Assembly (NCBI GenBank): GCA_964016885.1
Contig: OZ024743.1
Coordinates: forward strand, 63,736,001-63,800,000
Length of the DNA stretch: 64,000 bases
Direction: 5' to 3'
From: Eledone cirrhosa
Lineage: Eukaryota
The position numbers were made by a program, and so were the translations under genes. The notes below the pieces were generated by a model that saw only the letters and a program-made list of their open reading frames with translations, was not told where the DNA came from and made no database searches. Of the stretch, positions 1 through 11,278 are shown piece by piece (the first letter of the stretch is position 1; each line of letters opens with the position of its first letter).

Positions 1-520
1 ACTTCCTTGTATGGAGCAGGAGCTCCCATAAGTAGAAGCTAAATACATCCCTAAACAACATTTAAGGCTCATCAACAGATGTCTCCATCCTACACCAACT
101 GAGTATCTACCTGTGATTTGAAGTATTGGTGCTGCATCTTTTCATAGAAAGCATTACACACACAGGTTGGTGACCAAGAGTTCAATAGACCAAAGTCAAC
201 CACTCCATGCATGATATGGCTGGGGATTCTCAGTTATTAAGCCCACATTGTTTATTTTCATGTCACTCTTCATAGAAATCATTACACACACGGGTTGGTC
301 ACTAAGGCCTCAATAGACCCAAGTCATCCACTCCATGACATGGCTGAAGATTCTCAGCTACTGAGCGAACATTGTTTTATGTCATGCTGCCCTTTCTCTT
401 GTCACAGAGTAAAGCACCAAGACTCAAATTTCAATATGCTTCTGACATGGACAGATAGCTGGCCACAGATATGATCCAAATGAATGACAACCCCAATAAA
501 GCCCTCCCGGGCCCAGGCAC
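1..520 (+). mobile_element. Decayed non-LTR retrotransposon 3' fragment, Vingi/Ingi-like
   Basis: Manual translation gives LRLINRCLHPTPTEYLPV and LVTKASIDPSHPLH, resembling the C-terminal 'RIITGCLRPTP..LPVL' motif of Ingi/Vingi ORF2; it contains stops and frameshifts. Confidence 0.4.
143..385 (+). repeat. Diverged tandem duplication, period 128 bp
   Basis: catagaaa.cattacacacac.ggttgg...tcaatagacc.aagtca.ccactccatg begins at 143 and again at 271. Confidence 0.85.
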
Positions 521-1260
521 TAACCACTCTCAGAGGGAGTAAGTGTCCCTGAAGCTCTTTTTTTAACTTTGAAAAAGTATTCGGAAAAATAAACAAAACC
601 TTTTTTCAAAGAGATTACTCTTGTTTTCAGCTCTTTCCTTGAAGAAATGTGTAGAACTCTCTATGACGGACGACAATCTTTATATAGGAGTTTAAGACGT
701 TTGCTTTACAAGCACGAGATTCGATGTTTGATCCCATTGTCACCTTAGATTAGAGGTTCTCAAACTTTAGGGGCCACTGGCACACTCATGGCCCTGTAAT
801 ACCCTCAGCACACCCACCCCTATTTCCAGAACGACCTGCCAACACACAAATTATAAATATTATATAATAGACAAAATCATTAATTTATATATTATATATG
901 TTTTTTTATTTTACTATATTTATATATAATGTATCATTTGATAGTTAATATACTACTATATCATATGTATACAATACTATAATAATATAAATGATAAGTT
1001 CATACCGTCTGCCACTCCACCACCAAAAAACAGACCTTTCTACATATGCAAATATATTCTACTCAATAAAGTAATGCACAAATTTACCAGGCATATTGGA
1101 GAAGTTAATAGTATACCACTAAAACAGCCGACCCAGATAGGTTTTTAATGAGGGGGTTCAATTAGAAGGATGTGTTTAGTGAAGTGAAAGTAGCCTCTCA
1201 ATCTCAGGCTAAATGGTACTAAAAATAAGTCTAATACACACACATACATATAAATATATA

Positions 1261-1431
1261 CAGCTAAATTTCCATTATAACGAATACCATTATAACAAAT
1301 GTTGTTTCAATCCCTGAGGTAGTAACAAACAAATGCTCGATTTGTTTTGGTCGATCTCATTATAAAGACATTTTTCGTTACAACGAATTTCTTTTATATC
1401 CCGTGAATTTCGTTATAACGGAATTCCACTG
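1261..1431. mobile_element. MITE of Tc1/mariner-pogo (Tigger-like) type; partial extra left ends at ~1438 and ~2662
   Basis: Imperfect TIRs cagctaaatttccattataacgaa / ttcgttataacggaattccactg, TA on both sides, internal repeats of ttataacgaa. Confidence 0.7.
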
Positions 1432-1634
1432 TATATACAGGTAACATTTCGTTATAACGAATACCATTATAACGAATTTAATACACGTGAATTTCGGAAT
1501 TTCGTTATATATATATTTATATAAACAGTAGCAGATGTTGAGAATGGTAGTATTCAGTCACTTTGAGGAAGAAGCAAATTTGAATAGATGGAATGTGTAC
1601 AGCATGGAAAAAAAAAAAAAAATTCACGTCTCAA

Positions 1635-1760
1635 TTCCCATGGTTCATTTCAAACGCCATTTTAAATCCCATGGTTCATTTCAACCGCCATTTTTATTCC
1701 CATGGTTCATTTAAAATGCCATTTTTATTCCCATGATTCATTTCAAACGACATTTTTATC
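1635..1760. repeat. 31-bp minisatellite, 4 copies
   Basis: Unit ttcccatggttcatttcaaacgccattttta. Confidence 0.9.
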
Positions 1761-2491
1761 CAGCAAAAGGAAAAAAAAAAGAAACAATTAAAGCCACAAA
1801 AAACGGTAATTAATTATTATATCAATTAATTATAGAATGTATATAAGTTTTAACAGTATATATAATTAAAGAAATGATATGCATCTTAAGAGTGGAGGAG
1901 AGAGAGAAAATTGTGATACAGTATACTAGACGCCAATAGCAGAAGCGAAATGTTCTCAATGCTTAGGGGTGCAGTGTTAGATATTATAGAAAGGTTAATA
2001 TTTAATGAGAGTTAAGCGCAGAAGGTAATGAGAGCAACTATAATCAGAATGAATGAAGGACAAGGCAATACATTTAAAAACAAACTTTATATCTTACACT
2101 GTGTTTCATCTATACAATATCGAATAACAGTTCATACATATATGTGTGTGTATGCACGTATATACATTGTTAGTGATATTTGCATGGATTCCAGAGAAGA
2201 AAGAATCCTTTATATTGATGTTACTGGAAGTTAGTCCAAATTATCATTTCGTGGATAAATATTTATTCTGATTATATATATATATATATATATATATAGT
2301 AATAATAATAAATTTGAAGACTAAAATCCAAAGAGGGCTCGATAAGGATAAATATATATGTATGTATGTATACATATGTCTCCAAAATGACCGCCTGAAT
2401 ACGCAAGGGTAATTTTTTCCTCCACAATTATCTTCTGTTCCTTACTCTTATCACGCTTTATTTTCTATTTATCATTTATTTCTAACTTTAA

Positions 2492-2525
2492 CTTGTGATG
2501 AAGGACTAATGTCCGAAATATTAAG
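2492..2525 (+). ncRNA. Degenerate minimal type I hammerhead motif (Penelope-type)
   Basis: CTT-GTGATGA-A-GGAC taat GTCC-GAAA-TATT-AAG; stem II pairs, core has C3G; same family as 23410-23445. Confidence 0.5.
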
Positions 2526-2697
2526 ACTATCTTCCTGCTATTTCAAGCGTTAAACTAATACATTTCTTCCATGTACTGTGCCGTTTGTTTTATTGTTTCT
2601 GTTTAACTTTTACATACATACATATATATATTATGTATGTATGTATATGTAAGCATGTATACAAGTAAAATTCCGTTATAACGAATACCATATATAC

Positions 2698-2737
2698 AAT
2701 ACTACCGGTTTCGATGTAATCCATATTATCAAATATT
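2698..2737 (-). ncRNA. Minimal type I hammerhead motif with U3-A8 core variant
   Basis: Minus strand AATAT-TTGATAA-TATG gatta CATC-GAAA-CCGGT-A-GTATT; palindromic stem III ACCGGT, GUA triplet, stem I AATAT/GTATT. Confidence 0.55.
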
Positions 2738-2849
2738 AAATATTACAATTAAAATTTAAAAAAGAATTAAAAATTAAGTGTTGAAGAAGGTCAATTCATA
2801 GTTCGTGTTGGGAGGAAATATAAACATACATATAACTTTGATATGTTTC

Positions 2850-4322
2850 CGCCAGTATTGGCCCAGGCCATGTCTAACTTAATAGCACTATCTGGTGAAG
2901 TCTTTCAAATCAGAATTTGGACACCATGGCCCACTCAAGTAGTTGCTGTTCTTGATTTTGTGGCTGTTGTTGACACGTCAATATTTTGAAAGTAGGAGTT
3001 CTTTTGGATTTCTTTTAGTCACACTGCATCTTGGTTGAAATTCTTCTTTTCACCCCATATTTTTCTCCAAAAGGAATCTTTCTAGAACACTTATTATTTT
3101 GCCCTTCATATCTCTATAGACTGATGTTTGGTTTCGCCTGAATCTTTTATTAAGCACTTTTCTTTCATCTTACCTTCTGGTGTCAACGTTTCTCGCTGAC
3201 AGCTCTCAATTCTTGTTTGAGGGTGATCAGCTTATATTGAAGAGTTCTGCTTGTACTGTCATCAAACATCGTTTCTATTTTACTTTTCCTTTGTTGGTGA
3301 GGAGTGAAGGTTTTTTGTTTTTGTTTGCATGTAAGGAATATTGTCACATAACCTATAGTTTTTCGTAGGTCAGCAATCTTTTTTCTATTTTAGTTATATA
3401 TGATGGTACTTTTGGTGGTGTTCTGTTCTTGTTAATATCTCTGCTATCACCAAGATAATGCTTCACTGTCGTTGATAAGGCATATAAACAGGCGTTGATT
3501 TGCCAAAATGTTGGTTTTTATCCGTCGTAAATATTCATCCCCTATTTCGTCAATAACACGTAATATTTCATTATTTGTTGTTTTTTTTTATTAAACATTG
3601 TTGTTTTAATACGTTCAGCAAGAGAGATATTTATACATGAATTAATTTCTCTCTGGAAGATTTCGTTGAGGGAAATTTTCAATTGTTTATACTTTTGATT
3701 ATCATTATCGATAGTATTTTCCACAACAGTCGAGGTAGACTCGGATGGTACACGTGGTGTCAAATTTCTTCGATTATTATTATTATTTCTTTGATTATTA
3801 TTATTATGGATAGTGTTTTCCACAACAGTCAAGGTAGACTCAGATGGTACAAGTGGTGTCAAGTTTCTTACAGGCATAGTTGTTTCAAGGCACTGTTCGA
3901 TCTGGCTGCTAGGAAGTCAAGTAGCATGGCGACCTGTAGCACATGTTGTTGATTCCATGTTTGTTCTGGGGGACTTGTAATTATTAATATTTATCTTATT
4001 TTTACGTTGAATAAACGTTGCTTGTTGACGTAATTGTTTCGCTATGAAATGATTTAGCTTTGGATGTATTTCGTCAAGTGTAGCTTCATTATGTTCATAT
4101 AGCCAAGGGAGGGATTTTTTCGGCATTTTATAACAATTAAATAAATCATTAAGTTTGCAACTCCAAGAGAAATGCGATTTATAATTTCGGTTTCTTCTGT
4201 AGCTACAACTGAATAAATTTTGTTAACCTTTCTCATTGATTTTCTCGCTGGTCTTCTCCGGTATATTGTTTACGTTCCTTGTGTTTGATAAATTGTTTTT
4301 GTTGATATTGTGTCCGGCCATC
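2850..4322 (-). mobile_element. Decayed R4/Dong-clade non-LTR retrotransposon, N-terminal part
   Basis: Fragments KCRKNPSLGY, EIHPKLNHFIAKQLRQQATFIQRKNK, PTFWQINACLYALSTTVKHYLG, PSYITKIEKKIADLRKTIG and FWRKIWGEKEEF resemble R4/Dong N-terminal motifs; many frameshifts. Confidence 0.65.
3710..3869 (-). repeat. In-frame 99-bp-period duplication inside the R4/Dong remnant
   Basis: NLTPLVPSESTLTVVENTI and NLTPRVPSESTSTVVENTI in ORF 3542..3877, separated by an (AAT)n poly-Asn stretch. Confidence 0.85.
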
Positions 4323-4574
4323 CTGTTTGTATGAAATCCTTGTAAAATGAATTATATATTTAGTCGGATATATCTACGAATTCGAATAAAAGGTGTCTTC
4401 AGTGGATATAGTTAGAATATCCAGTTATTCAATATGATTGGTAGTTGTGGCATTACTGTCGGAGATAGTATTCATCTTAAATTTAATGAATAGTCTCCCA
4501 CGCCAAAATGTGCGACTGATCGCGTTGACTGACTGCTATATGTATGTATGTTCTTTTGGTTTTAGAATTTCACG

Positions 4575-6960
4575 AATTTTTGCCAAAGTAAGGGGGAAGA
4601 AGGTTGCACTTCCAAAACGACTAAACGTGGCTCGTCTGAAGACAGAAGTCAGAGCTGAGCAGTCGAAGTCTCCTGAGTGGGCATCATTGAAGAAAACCGT
4701 CTATGATGTCAGTGCTGGAGTTTCAATAGAAAGCATAAGGACTGATTTGATGAAAATGCAGTGATCCAGACCTTGCTTGAAGAGAAACAAAAAGTGCTGA
4801 CATCATTGTTGAGTGAGACACGTTCTGACAAGACTGACCGGATCTTCAAGCTAATCAAGGCACGTGTGCAACATCAATTGAGAGCCATGCAAGATACCTG
4901 GGGGAGACAAAAAGCTGATGAAACCCAGAAAACCTCAGATAGACATGATACAAAGCACTTATACAATCTGCTTAGGGAAGTGTATGGTCCAACCGGTCCG
5001 CAAATATCCCCATTTTGCTCCAAAGATGGCAAGGAATTGCTCAGATCTGAAGGAAATCCTGATCAGGTGGCATGACCACTTTGATGAGCTTCTCAACAGA
5101 CCATCAGAAATTGATGATGAGTTCATCCGGTCGATTCTATTCAGACCTACAAAGCTGGCAATGGCTGATCCTCCTTCATTTGATGAGGTGGCGAAGGCCA
5201 TTGCCAAAATAAACACTGTCAAGTCACCTGGAATGGATGGATTGTGTGCCGAGATCTTTAAGTGTGCTGGTGATAACTTCTTAAACCGCCTCACTGATCT
5301 CTGTGAATGTTTGGAATGAAGATGATGTACCGCAGAACTGGAAAGATGCATTGATGGTGGTATTTTACAAAGGAAACGGAGCCAAAGATGATTGTGGCAA
5401 CTACAGAGGTATCTCACTGCTATCTGTGGCTGGGAAGATCTTTGCAGGATATTGTTGGACAGATTGATATAGCACATGCTGTTGAGGTACTTCCCGAGTC
5501 ACAATGGCTTTAGGAATGGCAGAGGCACTGTTGACATGGTCTTCTCAGCCAAACAACTTCAAGAGAAATGCATAAAGCAGCGCATGGACTTATACCAAGT
5601 TTTTGTTGATCTGACCAAGGCATTTGAAACCGTAAATCGGAAGGCTTTGTGGGTTATTTTGGAGAGATTGGGCTGTCCTGAAAAGTTTGTGAACATACTC
5701 AAGTTCTTCCATGATAACATGCAGGCATGGGTAAATATTGGAGGTAAACTGTCTGAGCCAATCTCGGTGGAAAATGGCCTTCAAGGGTTGTCAACATGGT
5801 ATCTATTTCAGATATCGCACTTTTGGCAAGCTGTTCAACCTCAGGCGCCTCACTTCCAACACTAAGGTACTGAGTACCTTAATCAGAGAATTTCTGTATG
5901 CAGATCATTATGATCTCTTTGCACACTACCAGAGTGACATGCAACACCTTATGGATTCTTTTTCCAATGCATGCAGTGCTTAGGGACTGACAGTCTGAAG
6001 AAGACTGTTGTCATGTACCAACTTGCTCTCGATAAAGTTTTCAATGAACCCACCATATATGTATACGGTCAAAAGCTGAAGGTTGCTGACAGATTTGTGT
6101 ATTTGGGGAGTACTCTGAGTGTGACCAGCTCTCTGGATGCAGAAGTTTGTCTACGTGTTAGTAAAGCAAGAGAGTCATTTAGAAGGCTCAGCGACCATCT
6201 TTCGTCCAGGCAAGGAATCTCAATGAAGACCAAGGTGAGAGGGTATACTGTCAGCTTTGCTGTACGCTTGTGAGACATGGGTTCCCTACAAACAGCATAT
6301 CCAAAGACTGGAATGATTTTACCAGCAGTGTCTCAGAAAGATTCTCGGTATCAAGTGGCAGCTGCATGTGTGTGATGTTGAAGTCCTTGAGAGAAGTGAG
6401 TATTGGAGCATTGAGAGTATCATTCACCAACGATGTTTGTGATGGACCCGACACCTCTGCAGAATAGAAGATGATTGAATCTCAAAACAACCTTTGTAAA
6501 GGTAAGAGACCACCCAACAAGTCAAGGCTCCAATTCAAGGATTGTGTAAAGGATACATTGAAAGAAACTGGTTTGATGGTGGCTGACTGGGAGATAGAAG
6601 CCATAAAGTTCAAGAAATTTTGGATAAATTCTTTTATTTGCATGATAGACACCTAGTCTTCATTAAGATATCTCTCTAGGAGAAGGTTACTCTGATATAA
6701 AACATACGGCTTCGTTTCCATCTAATGATGTAGACCATTGCTATTTTTGGAGTAAATGCATTTGATGTTCAAAGAGTGGGATTGGCTCTAAGCAAAGCCT
6801 TTCCTCACTTAAAAAAGCTTCAAGCATAGGCATCGCTTGATATGTGACATTTTTTGCGATGCATGGTATTGCTGGGCAGAGGGAAATCCCTATCAGGACT
6901 AAAAAGCCACACCTGTGACACTCGTGGTTAAGTATCAATGGATGGCATTACTCGAAATCG
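4575..6960 (+). mobile_element. Decayed RTE-clade (BovB-like) LINE
   Basis: ORF pieces RWHDHFDELLNRPS, KSPGMDGLCAEIFK, GFRNGRGTVDMVFSAKQLQEKC, FVDLTKAF, FLYADH, FVYLGSTLS. Confidence 0.9.
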
Positions 6961-6976
6961 AGTTGCAGCAATCATC

Positions 6977-7026
<50 letters not shown>

Positions 7027-7411
7027 GTTATCATATACATAAAGTTAAAGATATATATATGTTGCAACTGTTCACTTTTAAGCTCTATGAAGAATTAATA
7101 AATTAAAATCAAAAAGTCAGAGCATTATATCATAAATCATGTCTTTAGAATCATCAGATATTAAAATATATACTATTTCTTCTAATTAGAATAATTAACC
7201 ATATACAAAATCAATCTTAGCAAGCTATAAGAATAAATTCTCTTATGGGGAAATCTCCGACAAATAATCGATCGTAGCCTCTTCGCGGCAGCCCCATTCC
7301 ATTATTTATCCAACATTTCGACAGCATGTAGAAACTGACTAAATATACCATCAACCATACAGAATTAGTTGTAAAATTAAACTTAGAAGAAATGCGCACA
7401 TACCGTAATTA

Positions 7412-7489
7412 TATCTCTACCATGGTTTCTTCCTTATTTAGGACATCCAAATAATAGGAATGTCCAGAGCTAGGTTTCATCAGGAGACA
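7412..7489 (-). ncRNA. Type I hammerhead ribozyme, intact core, long stem II
   Basis: Minus strand TGTCTC-CTGATGA-AACCT...GGACATTC ctattattt GGATGTCC...AGGAA-GAAA-CCATGGT-A-GAGATA; 6-bp stem I, palindromic stem III ACCATGGT, GUA triplet. Confidence 0.75.
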
Positions 7490-8080
7490 AACTCAAAATC
7501 AGACATCTAGTTTTTCAAACCGATCCCGCCAAAATTAGATTCAAAAATGGCTAAAAATCGCTATGTAGCTGTGTTCCAGCCAGAGAGAAAGAGTGTGATT
7601 GGTTGCTTATGGCGGGTAGGCTTGCTGCTAGAAAGCGCAGCCAAATATCGCCAAATTTAATCTCAACCTATTGGGAGATTATTAAATATAAAGGTTATCA
7701 TATACATAAAGTTAAAGATATATATATGTTGCAACTGTTCACTTTTAAGCTCTATGAAGGATTAATAAATTAAAATCAAAAAGTCAGAGCATTATATCAT
7801 AAATCATGTCTTTAGAATCATCAGATATTAAAATATATACTATTTCTTCTTCTAATTAGCATAATTAACCATATACAAAATCAATCTTAGCAAGCTATAA
7901 GAATAAATTCTTTTATGGGAAATCTCCCACAAATAATCGATCGTAGCCTCTTCGCGGCAGCCCCGTTCCATTATTTATCCAACATTTCGACAGCATGTAG
8001 AAACTGACTAAATATACCATCAACCATACAGAATTAGTTGTAAAATTAAACTTAGAAGAAATGCGCACATACCGTAATTA

Positions 8081-8158
8081 TATCTCTACCATGGTTTCTT
8101 CCTTATTTAGGACATCCAAATAATAGGAATGTCCAGAGCTAGGTTTCATTAGGAGACA
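8081..8158 (-). ncRNA. Second copy of the same hammerhead, core mutated (CTAATGA, G5A)
   Basis: Matches 7412-7489 except tcattag instead of tcatcag on the + strand. Confidence 0.7.
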
Positions 8159-8566
8159 AACTTCATCAGGAGACAAACCATGGTAGAGATATAATTACGG
8201 TATGTGCGCATTTCTTCTAAGTTTAATTTTACAACTAATTCTGAATGGTTGATGGTATATTTAGTCAGTTTCTACATGCTGTCGAAATGTTGGATAAATA
8301 ATGGAACGGGGCTGCCGCGAAGAGGCTACGATTGATTATTTGTCGGAGATTTCCCCATAAGAGAATTTATTCTTATAGCTTGCTAAGATTGATTTTGTAT
8401 ATGGTTAATTATGCTAATTAGAAGAAGAAATAGTATATATTTTAATATCTGATGATTCTAAAGACATGATTTATGATATATATATATATATATTTATATA
8501 TATATGTGGGTGTGTGTTTATATCTGTATTTTTGACCTGAGAGTGTATATATATATATATATATAT

Positions 8567-9081
8567 ATCATCATCTTCGTTTTATCGTCCATTTTTCACG
8601 CTAGCATGGGTTAGACGGGAGTTGTCTCACTTCAGGCAAGGTTGATCGGGTGACCATGTCTCGCTCATATAGGACTATCTGGCAGGTTTTCTACGGCTGG
8701 ATGCTCTTTCTAACACCAACCACATTTACAGTGTGGAACTGGGAACTTTTTACCGTGCTACCTACACGGCCACATTACAGCGTGGACTGTGCGTTTTTTT
8801 TCTCGTGACACCTACACGATCTCGATCTCATTTTCTCATTTATTTGGACTGGATGTTGTGTTACCAACTTTATAGAGAAAGGGTGGTGTTGGTGGGAGTG
8901 GGAGGATAGGGTAGGGGTAGTGGATTGGGGTGTATATTTGGTTAAGAGGTGCCTACTGACTGTAGGTTTCGCTTTGTACATAAGCAAGGTGGGTCTTCTG
9001 TATTACTGCGTAGCGCCAAAGATCTCGGTCCAGTGACATTGTCTTAGAGAGGTGCAAGTGTGTAAGGTCGGAATTTATCAG
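8567..9081 (-). mobile_element. 3' end of an RTE-clade LINE (same family as 54727-55701)
   Basis: Reverse complement matches 55210-55690 (end of ORF, 3' UTR, (GAT)n tail). Confidence 0.85.
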
Positions 9082-9084
9082 ATC

Positions 9085-9117
<33 letters not shown>

Positions 9118-9354
9118 CCACTCAGAGCTTTGTTAAAGTTTGAGAGATTGGCTACAAATATATTTTACAATTTTTTTGGGGGGGGTATTTAGATGGAAGA
9201 CAAAAGGAAGCAGATGAAGACAACAAAGAAGAAGACAAAGATGAAGAAGATAAATATGAAGAACCACACTGAGCCACACCGCACCACGGCACGACACTTC
9301 ACCTCACCAAGGGAAAAGACCATACTACACGACACCACATAACACCCAAAAATT

Positions 9355-11242
9355 GTTCCTCTTTTTTTTCATATGTTATCAACTAATCGGAACTCCAAGA
9401 TACTTGCTATTGACTCTCTCATCCTGGAAAACTAAGGTGGATGCACTTCTCTCATTTAACCCTAGAGTTTTCTCTAAGATTTTTTCTATGTTATCAATGA
9501 ATATGACTTCATAACCAGTTGGAAACGACTAGTACTAGAAAAAGGAGGGATAAAGGGGGTGGAAAGACATGTCGTTTTGTAGATATACGCCCTAATGATT
9601 TTTCTTCGGTTTTCTTTTGTGCTATCAACTAATCTGAACTGTTAGTTACTATGAATCAATTTTCTTCCTGGGATTCGGAAACCCCAATGCTAAAACTAAA
9701 ACTAAATTAAACTTAAAATTAAATTTAGCCCCAACCTTAAACTCTAAATCTAACCACAACCAAGCTAAATCTAAATATAAACACAACCCCAACCCTTAAA
9801 CTAAACCCTAAACTTTACCCAACTTTTACACTAAACTAAACTTTACCCCAACCATAAAACTAAACCCTAAACTTTACCGCAAACCCTTAAACTAAACTCT
9901 AAAACTAAACCCTAAACATTACCCCAACCCTTAAACTAAACCCTAAATGTTACCCCCAACCCTAAATCTAACCCAGGGAAATAAGTTGATTGCAAGCATC
10001 TTGGAGGTCAGATTAGAAAAATACTGAAAATAATTGTCCAACAACATGTGATCTGCAAACCTCTTCCCCCTTCCTTCCATTTTCTCAAAAGCTAGTTGTT
10101 TTTTACTGGTTTGGAAGTCATATTCACTGATAACACATGAAAATAGAATCGTAGAGAAAATTCTGAGTAAGCATGGGTTATCTGGGTGAACAGGGAACCA
10201 TCTCATCTCACCCCACCATTCTCCTGCGGAGAAAAGTCAGTTTTAAGCATCTTTTTTTTTTGGCGTGTGTGTATTTACCATCCAATCTGACATTAAAGGT
10301 GCTCACAATTGACTATTTTTTGCACATATTATCAATGAATATGACTTTGAAATCTGTCGAAAATGACTAGCTTTGTAGAAAAAAGAGGGCGAAAGTGGGC
10401 GGAAATACCATTCACAAAGCTAATCACTTTTGTTTTGAGTGGAAGTCATATTTGTTGTTAATATGTTAACATGCTGGAGGTTGGATTAGTTGATGGCACA
10501 TAGAGAAATGAAGGAAAAAAATTTTTTTCTGACTTAAATCAAAGTGGAAATTAAAGTCCTTACTTTATAGGGAAACACATTATAATAGACTGCATTAAAC
10601 TACCCCAAACTACACCATACTACATCACACCATGGCAAATTTATTGAAGAACACCTACCTACTCCTTGATCTCAGTGTGAAAAATGTTCTGTTTATTTTT
10701 ATGTGTGTTCTTACCATCCAATCTGACATCAAAGGTGCTTGCAATTGACTATTTTTTCACACATTATGAATGCATATAACATGGAAACCTATTGTTTGCC
10801 ATAGGTTCCCATTTCATAACTACAACAATCCAAACCACACCATACCAAACTACACCATACTACATCAGACCATGCTATTGATCACAGTATGAAACATTTT
10901 CTTCCTGCTTCCTTTTTTTTTATGTTCTTACCACCCAATCTGACATTAAAGGTGCTCACAATTGACTTTTTTACACATATTATCAATGAATATGACATTG
11001 AAAGCTGTTGAAAATGACTAGCTTTGTTGAGAAATGTGAGCGGAAAGTGGGAGGAAAAACTATTCACAAAGCTAGTCATTTTTGATTGCAGTGAAAATCA
11101 TATTTGTTGACAACATGCACAAAGAATAGTTGATTGCGTGTATCTTCAAGGTCAGGTAAGTTGAAAGCACATGAAAAACAAAGGAAAACAAATTTTCCAG
11201 CTAAAATTGTTCTACCTTCTATCTGTCTGTCTACCTACCAAG

Positions 11243-11278
<36 letters not shown>

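Larger units (their letters stand above)
7021..8480. mobile_element. Non-coding HHR-bearing element: ~1.7 direct copies of a ~669-bp unit plus an inverted partial copy (retrozyme or Penelope-pLTR-like)
   Basis: 7021-7491 is repeated at 7688-8160; 8175-8480 is the reverse complement of 7793-8097; an HHR in each direct copy; (TA)n on both flanks; no meaningful ORF. Confidence 0.8.

Noticed and set aside
751-850. hAT/Charlie-like left end (agaggttctcaaacttt)
   Set aside because: I found no matching right TIR or TSD.
4365-4425. Possible hammerhead upstream of the R4/Dong start (minus strand: TGGATAT/ATATCCA hairpin, then CTGAAGA)
   Set aside because: Stem II does not pair, GAAA reads GAAT, and no valid NUH triplet is in place.
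9690-9975. True telomere or chromosome fusion site
   Set aside because: Highly degenerate, a single orientation, and embedded among other repeats.
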